A stretch of 64,000 nucleotides of DNA from Planctomycetota bacterium (lineage in GTDB: Bacteria; Planctomycetota; UBA11346): positions 16,980 to 80,979 of the forward strand of contig JBBQSO010000013.1 in the NCBI GenBank assembly GCA_038213805.1, written 5' to 3'. Position 1 is the first letter of the stretch. Each line of letters begins with the position of its first letter. Both the position numbers and the translations under genes were made by a program. The notes under the pieces are model-generated. The model was not told the DNA's origin, ran no database searches, and saw only the letters and a program-made list of their open reading frames with translations. Positions 1 to 9,285 of this stretch are shown piece by piece.

Positions 1-190
1 CCGCCTTGCCGAGACCGCCGCACACGCCGAAGTCGACCGCTGCGCCGGATACGGCTACGGTGGTCGGCGCGGCGTCCGCGGACCACACGCGCAATCCGCC
101 GCAGGCCAGCAGCGCGGCGCTGCCACCTGCCAAGCGAAGCAGGGCGCGGCGCGAAATCAGTGTGTGCTTCGAAGGGACTGACGACGGCAT
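1..190 (-). CDS. Tat-exported protein, 5' part only (runs off window start)
   Basis: ATG at 190 with GGAGAG RBS; MPSSVPSKHTLISRRALLRLAGGSAALLACGG has a twin-arginine motif and hydrophobic stretch. Confidence 0.7.
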   Translation of the reverse strand, partial: MPSSVPSKHTLISRRALLRLAGGSAALLACGGLRVWSADAAPTTVAVSGAAVDFGVCGGLGKA

Positions 191-348
191 GAGCTCTCCA
201 GATCGGGCAGGTGATACCGGGTGCGCCCTGCGACCGTTGTCCCATGGGCGGAGCACGCGAGGATTCATCCTGCGATGGCGAATCCTAGGGATTTGTGTGC
301 TGCCACGCCGGTAATATCGTCACTCCTGCATGCGACGTTTTCGCACTC

Positions 349-3300
349 TCACCGTTCCTGCGGCCATGGCAACAGGGTCGCCTGGATCCCGCCGTCCAGC
401 CACCACGCGCGTGGACCCGGCGCGATCAACCCGACGGCCGCCGGCGCGACCATGTCGAACCGCCAGAGCTGGTTGTCCCCACCGGTGGCGTGGTACTGGT
501 TGATGCGCGCGCCGTCGAGCAGACTGGCGCCGGTGACGTCGAGCAGTTCGCCGCCATGCTTGCAGGCGATGGTGGACCAGCCGCCCCCCGCGTCCGTGAA
601 CGACCAGCGCTGGTTGTCCCCGCCATTGTCGGTCCATTGGTGCAGGACCACGCTGTCGGCGGTCGAATTTCCAGGCACGTCGAGCACCTTGCCGCTGCGC
701 GCGTTGGTGAAGCGCCAGAAGCCGCCGCCCATGTCGTCGAGCCGCCAGCGCTGATTGGTGCCGCCGTGGTCGCCCCACTGCTGGATGAAGGTGCCGTCGC
801 GCTGGCCCACGCCCGAACCATCGTCGAACAGGTCGAGGAGTTTTCCGCTGTGCTTCGCGGTCACCGTGTAAATGGCACCGGACACCGGCCCTGCCGCCGC
901 CCCACCGCCCACCTGGACGCGGGTCAGGATCCAGCGCTGGTTGTCATTGCCGTTGTCCTGGTACTGGTGGATGCGCGCGCCGTCGGCCGTGCTGGCGCCG
1001 TCGACATCGAGATTCTTGCCGCTGTTCTGATTGGTGACGCGAAACAGCCCGCCACCCATGTCGGTGAACGACCAGCGCTGGTTGGTGCCGCCGTTCTCGA
1101 CCCACTGCTGCAAGGCCACACTGTTGTTGGTCGAGGCGCCTGGTACATCGAGCACCTTGCCGCTGCCGACGCAGGTCAGACGCCACCAGCCGCCGATCAG
1201 GTCGAGCTTCCACTGCTGGTTGGCCTTGCCGTTGGCTGTCCACTGCTGGACATAGGTGCCGTCCAGATTCAGCGCGCCCGCGCCGTCGTCGAAGACGTCG
1301 AGCAGCTTGCCGCTGTGCTTCGCGGTCAGCGTGTAGGTCGCGCCGCTGACCGGGCCCGTACCGGTGCCGGGCGGCAGCGAACCGATCCACTGCGCGAGCG
1401 CCGCCACTGCGGTGGCATCAACGACATTGCGCGCCAGGGGCGGCATCTGCCGCGCGGGATCCGTCGTCCCGAGGCGCAGATGCATGATCGAACGGCCCAG
1501 GTCGCCCGGCGCCACCACCGCCGCGCCGGCGATGCCGAAGCTCTCGCGCACGGGGCCATCGATGATGCCCTGACTGGCGAGCGGCGTGTCGAAGCGCCCG
1601 TCCCATTGCGCCCCGGTACCGCCAGGACGGTGGCAGTGTGCGCAGTTGGCGTCGAGGTAGGAGCGCACACGCGCCTCCAGCGGCGCACTGGCGTCGTCGA
1701 CGGTGACGGTGTGGGCGAATCCGGCGATGGCGCTCTCGGCCGGTGCGCCACTGAACATCTGCAGATAGCTCCAGGTGCGCAGCTGATTGTCAGAGCGGCC
1801 TCCCGGATATGCGAAGACGCCGTTCAGCTGACGGGTCTTGGGCCCGAGCACGAAGCCGGCGTTGCCGGTATGGCACTGCAGGCACTGGCTGCGCGCCGGG
1901 TAATGCCAGGTCTGGGTGTGGCCACCGCTACCGCTGACGGTGACGACGTCATCCTGGCCGCCATCGCCGACCAGGTCGGCATCGCTGTTGTCGCTGCGCC
2001 AGCGGTAGGTCACGCCGTAGCCGTTGCCGGCATTGGCGCCCTGCACCAGCACGCGCGTTTCGAGCCGGCGCCGCGCGCCGCTGCCGGTGTCGATGACCAG
2101 TTCGAAGTGCTTGATGAGGATGGTGCCGGCGGGCCACGCGTACTCGCCAGTCGCGGCGAAGCCGATGCGTCCGCCTGTAGGCAGCAGCACCCAGCGCTGC
2201 TTCACGGCGTTGTCCGACCACAGCGGACTGTTCACGGTGTACGGCACGATGCCGGCCTTGACCTTCAGGCGCGCGACATCGCTGAACAGCCCGGTGGCCG
2301 ACAGCGTTGCCGGTAACGTACCCGATGCGGTCGCGGGCATCGCAACGCCAGTGACCGCAGGCCGGTAGTCGAGGCCATAGGGCGTGCCGCCAGTGATGGT
2401 CAGGGCCGCGCTCGTCACCGGGCTGGCGGACAGCCCGGATTTTTCAGCCTCCGCCTTCACCGTGCGGCTGGCGGAGATCTGGAACGCGCCCGCGTAGGTC
2501 GCCGACGAGCCGCCCGGCGTCGAGCCGTCGGTGGTGTAGTGGATGGCCGCTCCTGGAGTGGGGCTGGTGATCTGCACCCAGATCGGTCCGCTGAAGGTGC
2601 CACCGCCCGGGGTGACGATCGGCGCCTCGACCTGCGCCCGCACCGTGAACGACGCGCTGCCGGCCGCGGTCAGTCCACTGCTGGCGGCGCGCAGTGAAAA
2701 ACCGCTGCCAGCCGTGTCCACGGTCAGACCGGGGAAGGTTGCCACACCCGCCATGGCGGCGCGCGCCAACGTTCCGGAGAGCGTGCTGCCAGCGGTGCCG
2801 GAGGAAAGCGACAGCGTCACGGTTGCGCCCGCGGTGGTCACGACCTGGCCGCTCGCATCCTGGATGGCGACGGAGACCGCCGGGCTGATGGCCGCACCCG
2901 CACCGGCATCCGTCGGCTGTTGCACGAAGGCCAGCTTGGTCGGACCCCCGCCACCGGTGTAGGTGACGCGCCACAACGAACCGGTGCCGCTCGACGTATT
3001 GTCCGCGTCGGAGCCACCGCCGAGACCAGCGCGCGCGATGTACCACAAGCTGCCGTCGGGCGCGATCTGCACGTCGATCGGCCGGTCGATGGCGGTGGCG
3101 AAGTCGAGCCGCGTGCCGGGCTGCGCGGGATCGATGTATTTGATCCAGCCGCGGTAGTCCGAGAAGAAGAAGCGCCCGTCATAGGACGCAGGGAATGCGC
3201 CGCTGCCGCGCGCGGCGGGGTTGTAGAAGTCGCCGCCGCACAGCGCGGTGCCCTGGCCGCCGCCGTGGTCATAGGCGTAGGTCGGCGCACGGTAGTCCGC

Positions 3301-4131
3301 CGGCACGGTCTGACTGCCCGGCGGCCCGTCGATACCCGGCCAGCCGTAGTTGACGGCCTGCGCGGCCGAGCCGGTCTCGTAGCGCTCGATCTGCTCATAA
3401 TTGGCGCCCACCATGTTCACGTACAGCAGGCCGGTACCTGGCTGCACGGCGATGGTGAAGGGGTTGCGCAGGCCGAGGGCGACGATCGCACGATTGGTGC
3501 CCGAGTACGTGCCGTAATGCGGGTTGTCGGTCGGGATCGAGCCGTCCTTGTTGAAACGCAGCAGCTTGCCGAGCAGGTTGGCGGAGCTCTGCGCGTAGCC
3601 GCCGTTGGCATTCTCGCCGGTCGACACGTAGAGCTTGCCGTCCTTGCCGAAACGCAGACCGCCACCGTTGTGCCAGCCGACGCTGGAAAGGTCGGTGATC
3701 TCGACCAGCACTTGCTGACTGCCGGGCGCAGCAGTATCGCCGCTGACGGTGAAGCGGGCCACGCGGTTGTGCGAGGCCGGCGCCTTGGCCGTGTAGTAGA
3801 GGTAGATCCAGCCGTTGTTCGCGAAGTCCGGGTCGATGCACACGCTTTCCAGCCCGCGCTCGTTCCAGCTGTCGACACTGCCCGAGATGTCGAGCACCGG
3901 CGTTCCCAGCAAAGCGCCGTCCCTCACCAGGCGCACGCGGCCCGGCTTCTCGCAGAGGAACAGCCGGCCGTCAGCGGCGAAGGCCATGGTCGTGGGGTCG
4001 AGGCCGCTGGCGATCCGGGTTTCGGCGAAACCGCTCGGTAGGGTCGCCGCCGGCAGCGCGGCAGCGCCGACGAGCAGCAGCATGAGCAGGAGTCCGCACG
4101 GGGTCGGGAAGGCTGAGCGGGAAATGGTCAT
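349..4131 (-). CDS. Secreted PQQ/glucose-sorbosone dehydrogenase-family protein with Ig-like and chitobiase-type domains, two c-type heme motifs and two ricin-B lectin domains
   Basis: ATG 4131 with AGGAG RBS and signal peptide; GSDH motifs (ERGL, HNGGGLRFGKDGKLY, GLRNPF, NYGWP); IHYTTDGSTP; CLQCH and CAHCH; repeated QxW/NQxW ricin motifs. Confidence 0.85.
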   Translation of the reverse strand: MTISRSAFPTPCGLLLMLLLVGAAALPAATLPSGFAETRIASGLDPTTMAFAADGRLFLCEKPGRVRLVRDGALLGTPVLDISGSVDSWNERGLESVCIDPDFANNGWIYLYYTAKAPASHNRVARFTVSGDTAAPGSQQVLVEITDLSSVGWHNGGGLRFGKDGKLYVSTGENANGGYAQSSANLLGKLLRFNKDGSIPTDNPHYGTYSGTNRAIVALGLRNPFTIAVQPGTGLLYVNMVGANYEQIERYETGSAAQAVNYGWPGIDGPPGSQTVPADYRAPTYAYDHGGGQGTALCGGDFYNPAARGSGAFPASYDGRFFFSDYRGWIKYIDPAQPGTRLDFATAIDRPIDVQIAPDGSLWYIARAGLGGGSDADNTSSGTGSLWRVTYTGGGGPTKLAFVQQPTDAGAGAAISPAVSVAIQDASGQVVTTAGATVTLSLSSGTAGSTLSGTLARAAMAGVATFPGLTVDTAGSGFSLRAASSGLTAAGSASFTVRAQVEAPIVTPGGGTFSGPIWVQITSPTPGAAIHYTTDGSTPGGSSATYAGAFQISASRTVKAEAEKSGLSASPVTSAALTITGGTPYGLDYRPAVTGVAMPATASGTLPATLSATGLFSDVARLKVKAGIVPYTVNSPLWSDNAVKQRWVLLPTGGRIGFAATGEYAWPAGTILIKHFELVIDTGSGARRRLETRVLVQGANAGNGYGVTYRWRSDNSDADLVGDGGQDDVVTVSGSGGHTQTWHYPARSQCLQCHTGNAGFVLGPKTRQLNGVFAYPGGRSDNQLRTWSYLQMFSGAPAESAIAGFAHTVTVDDASAPLEARVRSYLDANCAHCHRPGGTGAQWDGRFDTPLASQGIIDGPVRESFGIAGAAVVAPGDLGRSIMHLRLGTTDPARQMPPLARNVVDATAVAALAQWIGSLPPGTGTGPVSGATYTLTAKHSGKLLDVFDDGAGALNLDGTYVQQWTANGKANQQWKLDLIGGWWRLTCVGSGKVLDVPGASTNNSVALQQWVENGGTNQRWSFTDMGGGLFRVTNQNSGKNLDVDGASTADGARIHQYQDNGNDNQRWILTRVQVGGGAAAGPVSGAIYTVTAKHSGKLLDLFDDGSGVGQRDGTFIQQWGDHGGTNQRWRLDDMGGGFWRFTNARSGKVLDVPGNSTADSVVLHQWTDNGGDNQRWSFTDAGGGWSTIACKHGGELLDVTGASLLDGARINQYHATGGDNQLWRFDMVAPAAVGLIAPGPRAWWLDGGIQATLLPWPQER

Positions 4132-4197
4132 GGAGGTCTCCTGACGCACGGGGGCGCGCGCCGGATCCGCTCCGGCGTGCGCATGCGCCATCACCTA

Positions 4198-4224
4198 GTG
4201 GCAGCCGCCCCCCCGACCGTAACG
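4198..4224 (-). promoter_or_regulatory. Putative ECF promoter CGTTAC-N16-GCCAC upstream of the dehydrogenase
   Basis: Same bipartite motif and spacing as upstream of the ECF sigma gene (6430-6456). Confidence 0.6.
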
Positions 4225-4373
4225 AGTTTTTCCCGCTGCTCGGCAGGTACGGCGGGGCGAACGGCAACGCGTTGGTGATGGGCACTGTGCCGGAATGGTC
4301 GACCGCGGCGCGCGACAGCCTGGTCGCGCTGGACCCGACGCTCGCGGCGTTCGCGATGCGCAACCTGGAGGAA

Positions 4374-5900
4374 TCAGCGCGCGGGGCTGGCGCCGTGTGC
4401 GGCCGCGAACGCCTCCAGGCGCGCGCTGAGCGCCGCGTCGTCCAGTTCACCGCGCACCAGTTCAACGGCCGCGAGGTCGCCCATGAACGCCTGATGGTCG
4501 ATAATGCTGCCGAACTGCAGAGTCGAGATGCGCGGCGGCGGCGGTCGGCCTCGGCCGCTCGCCATCACGCCGCCCGGCGCGCGGAGGGTGACGGTGCCGT
4601 CCGCGCGCCAGCGGCAGGCCAGCGCCAGCGCCTGACCCGCCGAGACGGGCAACCCGGCAATCTCGTCGCCGTCGACGAGCACCGCCATGCGGAACGTTCC
4701 GGCTCCGCCCAGGCGGACCAGCGCGAGGTCTTCGCCGCCGTCCGCGCTGAGCACCACCGCACGGTGGCCGGCGCCGAATTCGCGCACCATGGCCACCACC
4801 AGCAGCGTCAGCCCTGCGCGCGCGTCGCCCGGCGGCAGGGGCGCGGTGAGGCACTGGTTGTGGTCATCGAAGCTCACCCAGCGTCGACCCGCGATGGTGC
4901 GCGTGGTCGGCATCTCGTGGACCTTGCCGACCGCGGCCGCCAATCCGCTGCCAGCCGGCGCGCTGGCACGCCAGTCGCTGACGTGTTCGCCGTTCATGAT
5001 CAGCGCGTCGGGCGCGGCCGCATCGAACGATGCCACGATCTGCGCAGGTGCGGTGGGCGGCGCGGCGTGCGCCTGCCCGCCCGCGGCGACCACCACCTCC
5101 GCCCGGCCGGCAGCGAGGAAGCGCACCCGGCCGCTGGCCACCTCAAGGTCGCTGCCCGCTGCGCCATGGCCGATGCGGAACGAAGTACCGACCACCACCG
5201 CCTCGGCCAGCGGGGTATCGATCGCGAGGGGCGCCTGCACGTCCTGCTTGGCGGCGACCACCGCGATGCCGCCTTCATCCAGGCCGAGCCACGTGCCGGA
5301 ACGGCCGCCGACGCGCAAGGTGATCGCGGTGTCAAAAGTGAGCCGCGTGCCGGGCGCCAGGACGATGCGCGAGCCATCGCGCAGGCGCACCGTGGCCTCG
5401 CCCGTGGCCACCAGCGCATCGCCAGGCATGAGGATGCGGCCGACGTCGGCGGGCGCGCCCGCGCAGCGCAGACCCTGAGCCGCGACCACCTCGGCCCACG
5501 GCCCGGGACGGCCCGGCGCGTGCAGCACCACCAGGGCTACGATACCCACGCAGAGCGCAGCCAGGCCCAGCAGCACGGGCAGCCGCGGGACGCCGCGCCG
5601 CACGGGCTGGCGGCGCCAGGCCGCAGAGCCGGGACCCGCACTGCGTCGCACGTGCGTGGCGGTGATGGGGAGGTGCGCGGCGACGGCCGGGCGCCGCGCG
5701 GCGACCGGAACCTCGGCGGGCGACTCCGCAACCGCCGCGCCGAGCAGCAGGCGGTGTGCTCGCACCGCCGCGGCGAAAGCTCCACGACAGTCCGCACAAC
5801 CGCGCAAATGGGCGACCAGCCGCTCCTGCTCCACCGCCTGCGAGTCACCATCGAGGGTCGGCCAGAACAGCTCGCGGACCGTCACGCACGGGTCGTTCAT
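4374..5900 (-). CDS. FecR-family anti-sigma factor (zf-HC2, TM helix, FecR domain, LamG-like C-terminus)
   Basis: HLRGCADC zinc finger, TM segment, LRDGSRIVL and IDTPLAEAVVVGTSF FecR motifs; overlaps the sigma gene by 4 bp. Confidence 0.85.
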   Translation of the reverse strand: MNDPCVTVRELFWPTLDGDSQAVEQERLVAHLRGCADCRGAFAAAVRAHRLLLGAAVAESPAEVPVAARRPAVAAHLPITATHVRRSAGPGSAAWRRQPVRRGVPRLPVLLGLAALCVGIVALVVLHAPGRPGPWAEVVAAQGLRCAGAPADVGRILMPGDALVATGEATVRLRDGSRIVLAPGTRLTFDTAITLRVGGRSGTWLGLDEGGIAVVAAKQDVQAPLAIDTPLAEAVVVGTSFRIGHGAAGSDLEVASGRVRFLAAGRAEVVVAAGGQAHAAPPTAPAQIVASFDAAAPDALIMNGEHVSDWRASAPAGSGLAAAVGKVHEMPTTRTIAGRRWVSFDDHNQCLTAPLPPGDARAGLTLLVVAMVREFGAGHRAVVLSADGGEDLALVRLGGAGTFRMAVLVDGDEIAGLPVSAGQALALACRWRADGTVTLRAPGGVMASGRGRPPPPRISTLQFGSIIDHQAFMGDLAAVELVRGELDDAALSARLEAFAAAHGASPAR

Positions 5901-6418
5901 GGCAGGCCACCCGCATCCAGGCGCACGCCCAGGCAGCGCGCCAGAGCCTGACGTCCGCGCATCAGCGCCATGCGCACGCCCTCGCTGGATAGGCCCAGGC
6001 GTGCGCCGACCTCGCGGGCGTTCAGACCCTGCTGGTAACGCAGGTCGAACATGCCGCGCAGACGCTCGTTGAGCTCGCCCAGGCAGGCGCGCAGCGCGGC
6101 GTGTTCAGGCCCGGTCTCGGGCGGCGCCGGCGCGGCCTGCCAGGCCAGCTCCACCAGCTCCTCGAGGGCGTGGTGACGCGGGTAGCGGCGGCGGTGGCGG
6201 CTGGCGAGGTGGCGCGCGATGCCGCGCAGGTAGGCGCCGGGCTCGTCGCCGCGCAGCAGGATCGCGGGATTCGCGAGCACCTCGAGGCAGACGTCCTGGG
6301 CGACGTCGTCGGCATCGGCCGGCGGCAGCAGATGGCGCAGATAGGCGCGCAGCCCATCGAGCTGGCGGTGCAGCTCATCGCGGGCGCGTTCGGCCTCGTC
6401 GGGGATGGGCGCGGTCAT
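5897..6418 (-). CDS. ECF sigma-70 factor
   Basis: DADDVAQDV region 2; LRACLGEL...LRYQQGLNAREVGARLGLSSEGVRMAL region 4. Confidence 0.9.
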   Translation of the reverse strand: MTAPIPDEAERARDELHRQLDGLRAYLRHLLPPADADDVAQDVCLEVLANPAILLRGDEPGAYLRGIARHLASRHRRRYPRHHALEELVELAWQAAPAPPETGPEHAALRACLGELNERLRGMFDLRYQQGLNAREVGARLGLSSEGVRMALMRGRQALARCLGVRLDAGGLP

Positions 6419-6429
6419 GCTGCAGGGAG

Positions 6430-6456
6430 GTGGCGGATGGCGCGTCGGGTGTAACG
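6430..6456 (-). promoter_or_regulatory. Putative autoregulatory ECF promoter CGTTAC-N16-GCCAC
   Basis: Motif ends 11 bp before the ATG at 6418; second copy at 4198-4224. Confidence 0.6.
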
Positions 6457-6505
6457 CAGATACCGCAGCGGGCTGCACAGGCGCATCCGGGCAGCGCGAC
6501 GGGCC

Positions 6506-7621
6506 TCATCCACCACTGACGCCCGCAGCTCCGCTGGTGGCGGGGGCCTGGCCGGTATCCAGCCCACCGGCTGCCGCGTACCAGGCGCGCACCACCGCAA
6601 GATCAGCGCAGCGCAGCAGCCGTTGGCGCGCCTCCGGCTCGGCCGCAAACAGTCCGCCGGCCCGGTAATAGCGGGTCAGCTGCTTCAGCTTGGTGAGACT
6701 GGCGTGGGGGCCGCGCGCCGCGCAGATCGCCGCGTCGTAGCGCAGCACGAAGGCCGCTGCCTCGGCGGCGTCGGCAGGCGCTCCGCCGGCCGCGACGCGG
6801 AAGATGAAAGGGTCGGCGAGCGCCGCGCGCCCAACCATCGCCGCATCGCAACCGGTCTCGGCGCGCAGGCGGACGAAATCGGCAGCGTCCTCGATTCCGC
6901 CATTGCCGACCAGCGGCGGTGCACCTGGTACCTGCGCCAGCGCCGCCTTGGCCACGGCCAGCCACGCCCAGGTCGCCGGCTCGGCATAGGACTGGCAGCG
7001 CAGGCGCGCGTGCACGGTGATCAGCGCCGCACCCGCCGCGGCCGCGGCCAGCACCAGCTCGGCGATGTGGCGCGGCGAGTCGATGCCGGCGCGCAGCTTG
7101 GCGCTGACCGGCAGGCCGGTGGCGGCCACCGCGGTGCTGATGATGCGCGCCAGGACCTCGGGCTTGGCGAGCAGCGCCGAGCCGGCGCACTTGTTGAACA
7201 CCACCGGCACCGGGCAGCCGAAGTTGAGGTCGATCCACGGCGCGCCGGCGCGCTCCGCGGCCTGGACGCTGGCCGTGACGTGACGCTCCTCGGCGGCCAT
7301 GAACTGCACGCCCACCGGACAGGGGTGGCGGCGCGGCCCCAGCTCGCGGGCCACTACCTTGGCCGACATCGCCGAGCTGCTGATGCGGATGAATTCGGTG
7401 CACGCCCCGCCAACCCCGCCGAGGTCGATGACCAGATCGCGGAACAGCGGGTCGGTGATGCCCTCCATCGGCGCCAGCAGGGCACGGCCAGGGAAGACCA
7501 GCGGCCGGCCGGAGCGGCCATGGATGGTGAACGGGCCGCTCGCGCTGGTGGCGGTTGTGGTGGTGCGCGGCGCGTCCATGGTCGCAAGGGCGGTCCCGAA
7601 AGCGCTCGCCGCTCCGTTCAC
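6506..7621 (-). CDS. dus: tRNA-dihydrouridine synthase (Dus family)
   Basis: LAPMEGITD, IDLNFGCP, GSALL, TVHAR, GNGGI, MVGRAAL; start uncertain. Confidence 0.9.
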   Translation of the reverse strand: MNGAASAFGTALATMDAPRTTTTATSASGPFTIHGRSGRPLVFPGRALLAPMEGITDPLFRDLVIDLGGVGGACTEFIRISSSAMSAKVVARELGPRRHPCPVGVQFMAAEERHVTASVQAAERAGAPWIDLNFGCPVPVVFNKCAGSALLAKPEVLARIISTAVAATGLPVSAKLRAGIDSPRHIAELVLAAAAAGAALITVHARLRCQSYAEPATWAWLAVAKAALAQVPGAPPLVGNGGIEDAADFVRLRAETGCDAAMVGRAALADPFIFRVAAGGAPADAAEAAAFVLRYDAAICAARGPHASLTKLKQLTRYYRAGGLFAAEPEARQRLLRCADLAVVRAWYAAAGGLDTGQAPATSGAAGVSGG

Positions 7622-7953
7622 GCGATGACGAAGAAGCGCTTCAGGCGCAGCACGTCGAGGTTGGCGATGATGCTACGGTGGGCGTTGACCAGGGTCACCG
7701 GCGTGGCCGTGCCGCCCTTGGCATAGTGGACGTGCAGCTGCATGAGTCCGGCGTAGAAGGTCGAGCTGGCGCGCAGCGCCCTGGCGAGGTCGATGCGCAC
7801 CCCGACAAATGGGCCCGGGTGCATTGCGGTGATCGCCGTCGCCCAGTCCTGCTGCAGGCTGGCGCTGTCGAAGTCGTGTCCCACCGCGACGATGAGCTGG
7901 TCCCCGACGACGGTCACGTCGTAAGCCTGTCGATCCTTGCCACCGTCGGTCAT
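7618..7953 (-). CDS. Small STAS-like protein
   Basis: About 111 aa; IDL..A....STFYAGLM...VTLVNA...IIANLDVLRL resembles the STAS pattern; stop overlaps the dus start. Confidence 0.55.
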   Translation of the reverse strand: MTDGGKDRQAYDVTVVGDQLIVAVGHDFDSASLQQDWATAITAMHPGPFVGVRIDLARALRASSTFYAGLMQLHVHYAKGGTATPVTLVNAHRSIIANLDVLRLKRFFVIA

Positions 7954-8110
7954 GGGTGCGTGCTCCTTTGCCATCCGAACTCGCCGGGGGCGTTACCGCC
8001 AGGCCCGTCGGATGGCCGCGCCTTGTCTGCGATGATGGTCGTAACCTCTCCAGGGGCAATACCCACGGACATTGGCCCCAACATTCACAATGCGCCGCGC
8101 GACAGCTGGG

Positions 8111-8141
8111 AAAGCAAGAACCCCTGCTTGCGCAGGGGTTC
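8111..8141 (-). terminator. Intrinsic terminator after tRNA-Phe
   Basis: 10-bp stem GAACCCCTGC/GCAGGGGTTC, GCAA loop, then TTGCTTT on the minus strand. Confidence 0.75.
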
Positions 8142-8145
8142 CTGG

Positions 8146-8221
8146 TGGTGGCCTTGGCCGGATTCGAACCAGCGACACGTGGATTTTCAATCCACTGCTC
8201 TACCAACTGAGCTACAAGGCC
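8146..8221 (-). tRNA. tRNA-Phe (GAA)
   Basis: 76 nt: GGCCTTG acceptor stem, AGCTCAGTTGGTAGAGC D-arm, TTGAAAA anticodon loop, GGTTCGAATCC T-arm, encoded CCA. Confidence 0.97.
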
Positions 8222-8303
8222 CTGCGGCTGCGCCCGCTGCGCGAAGCGGCGCGGATGCTAAGAGGACTGGAAGGGAGCGCAAGGACCTGGGGATGGGCAG
8301 GCG

Positions 8304-8506
8304 GATGGTGGATGGTGGATGGTGGATGGTGGATGGTGGATGGTGGATGGTGGGTGGTGGGTGGCTGATGGCTGATGGCTGATGGCTGATGGCAGTGCGA
8401 ACGTCAGTGACGGTGCCGCACCTGCCAAAGGAGCCGGCATTGCGGCAGGGCCTTCCACCAGCGTCATGACCTCAGGACTTTCAGCCATCAGCCATCAGCC
8501 ATCAGC
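8304..8506. repeat. Heptamer array (GATGGTG/GATGGCT, 13 units) with inverted arm (TCAGCCA)n
   Basis: Left arm 8304-8394, right arm 8481-8506, unique spacer of about 86 bp. Confidence 0.95.
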
Positions 8507-8515
8507 CTCGCTGGT

Positions 8516-9001
8516 TCAGGTCTGTGGCAATCCCTGCGGCGGCGTATGCGGTGAGATGCCCTTGCCACGACAATCGGCGCACACCCCGTACAGTTCCATG
8601 CGGTGGTTGCCGAGCACGAAGCCAAAGCCCTTCGCGACCTCCTCCTGGAGATCCTCGATGCGCTCGTTGTGGAACTCCTGGATGCGACCGCAGCCGGTGC
8701 ACACCAGGTGGTCGTGGTGGTCTTTGTTGACCTCGAGTTCGAAGCTGGCCGAGCCTGGGGCGAACTGGCGCTTCGCGGCCACGCCCATCTCAACCAGCAT
8801 GTTGATGGTGCGGTAGACGGTGGCCGCGCTCACCGTGCGGTCGATGGCGCGCACGCGGTGGTGCAGGTCCTCGACGGTGATGTGCTGGTCGCAGATGATG
8901 AAGGTCTCGACGATCGACTGGCGTTGGGTGGTCCAACGCACGCCAAGGCGACGGGCCTCGTCGCGCACGCGGCGCAGGATGTCGACGGTCTGGACGGCCA
9001 T
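8516..9001 (-). CDS. fur: Fur-family transcriptional regulator
   Basis: TTQRQSI, ATVYRT, HHDHLVCTGCG, C-terminal CADC. Confidence 0.92.
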   Translation of the reverse strand: MAVQTVDILRRVRDEARRLGVRWTTQRQSIVETFIICDQHITVEDLHHRVRAIDRTVSAATVYRTINMLVEMGVAAKRQFAPGSASFELEVNKDHHDHLVCTGCGRIQEFHNERIEDLQEEVAKGFGFVLGNHRMELYGVCADCRGKGISPHTPPQGLPQT

Positions 9002-9072
9002 GCGCGCCAGGGTAGCGCCGCCGGGCCAGGAGCCAAGGGCAGTGACCTGGTCTTAGGCATGGGGTGGAGACG

Positions 9073-9148
9073 GCGGAGTGCGGAGTGCGGAGTGCGGAGT
9101 GCGAAGAGGCACACCGCTCGACCTTGGTTTCCAAGCACTCCGCACTCC
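9073..9148. repeat. Inverted heptamer pair (GCGGAGT)4 ... (GCACTCC)2
   Basis: Arms 9073-9100 and 9135-9148 between divergent fur and mdh. Confidence 0.9.
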
Positions 9149-9285
9149 CCACCAAGCCCGTCCCGGCCGCAACGATGTCTCCAGGCCACCGCCATCCATC
9201 CACCGGGAGCATACGGTGGCCTGGCCGCGATTCCCGGCTACCGTGCCGGCCCCCCGACGACCAAATCGCCCCTCACGAGGAACCC

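Noticed and set aside
8146..8221. tRNA-Phe as a genomic island attachment site
   Set aside because: No integrase and no duplicated tRNA 3' end seen in the window
7555..8488. ORFs with MVDGGWW/HHPPST peptides
   Set aside because: Translations of the heptamer array that cross the tRNA gene or its leader
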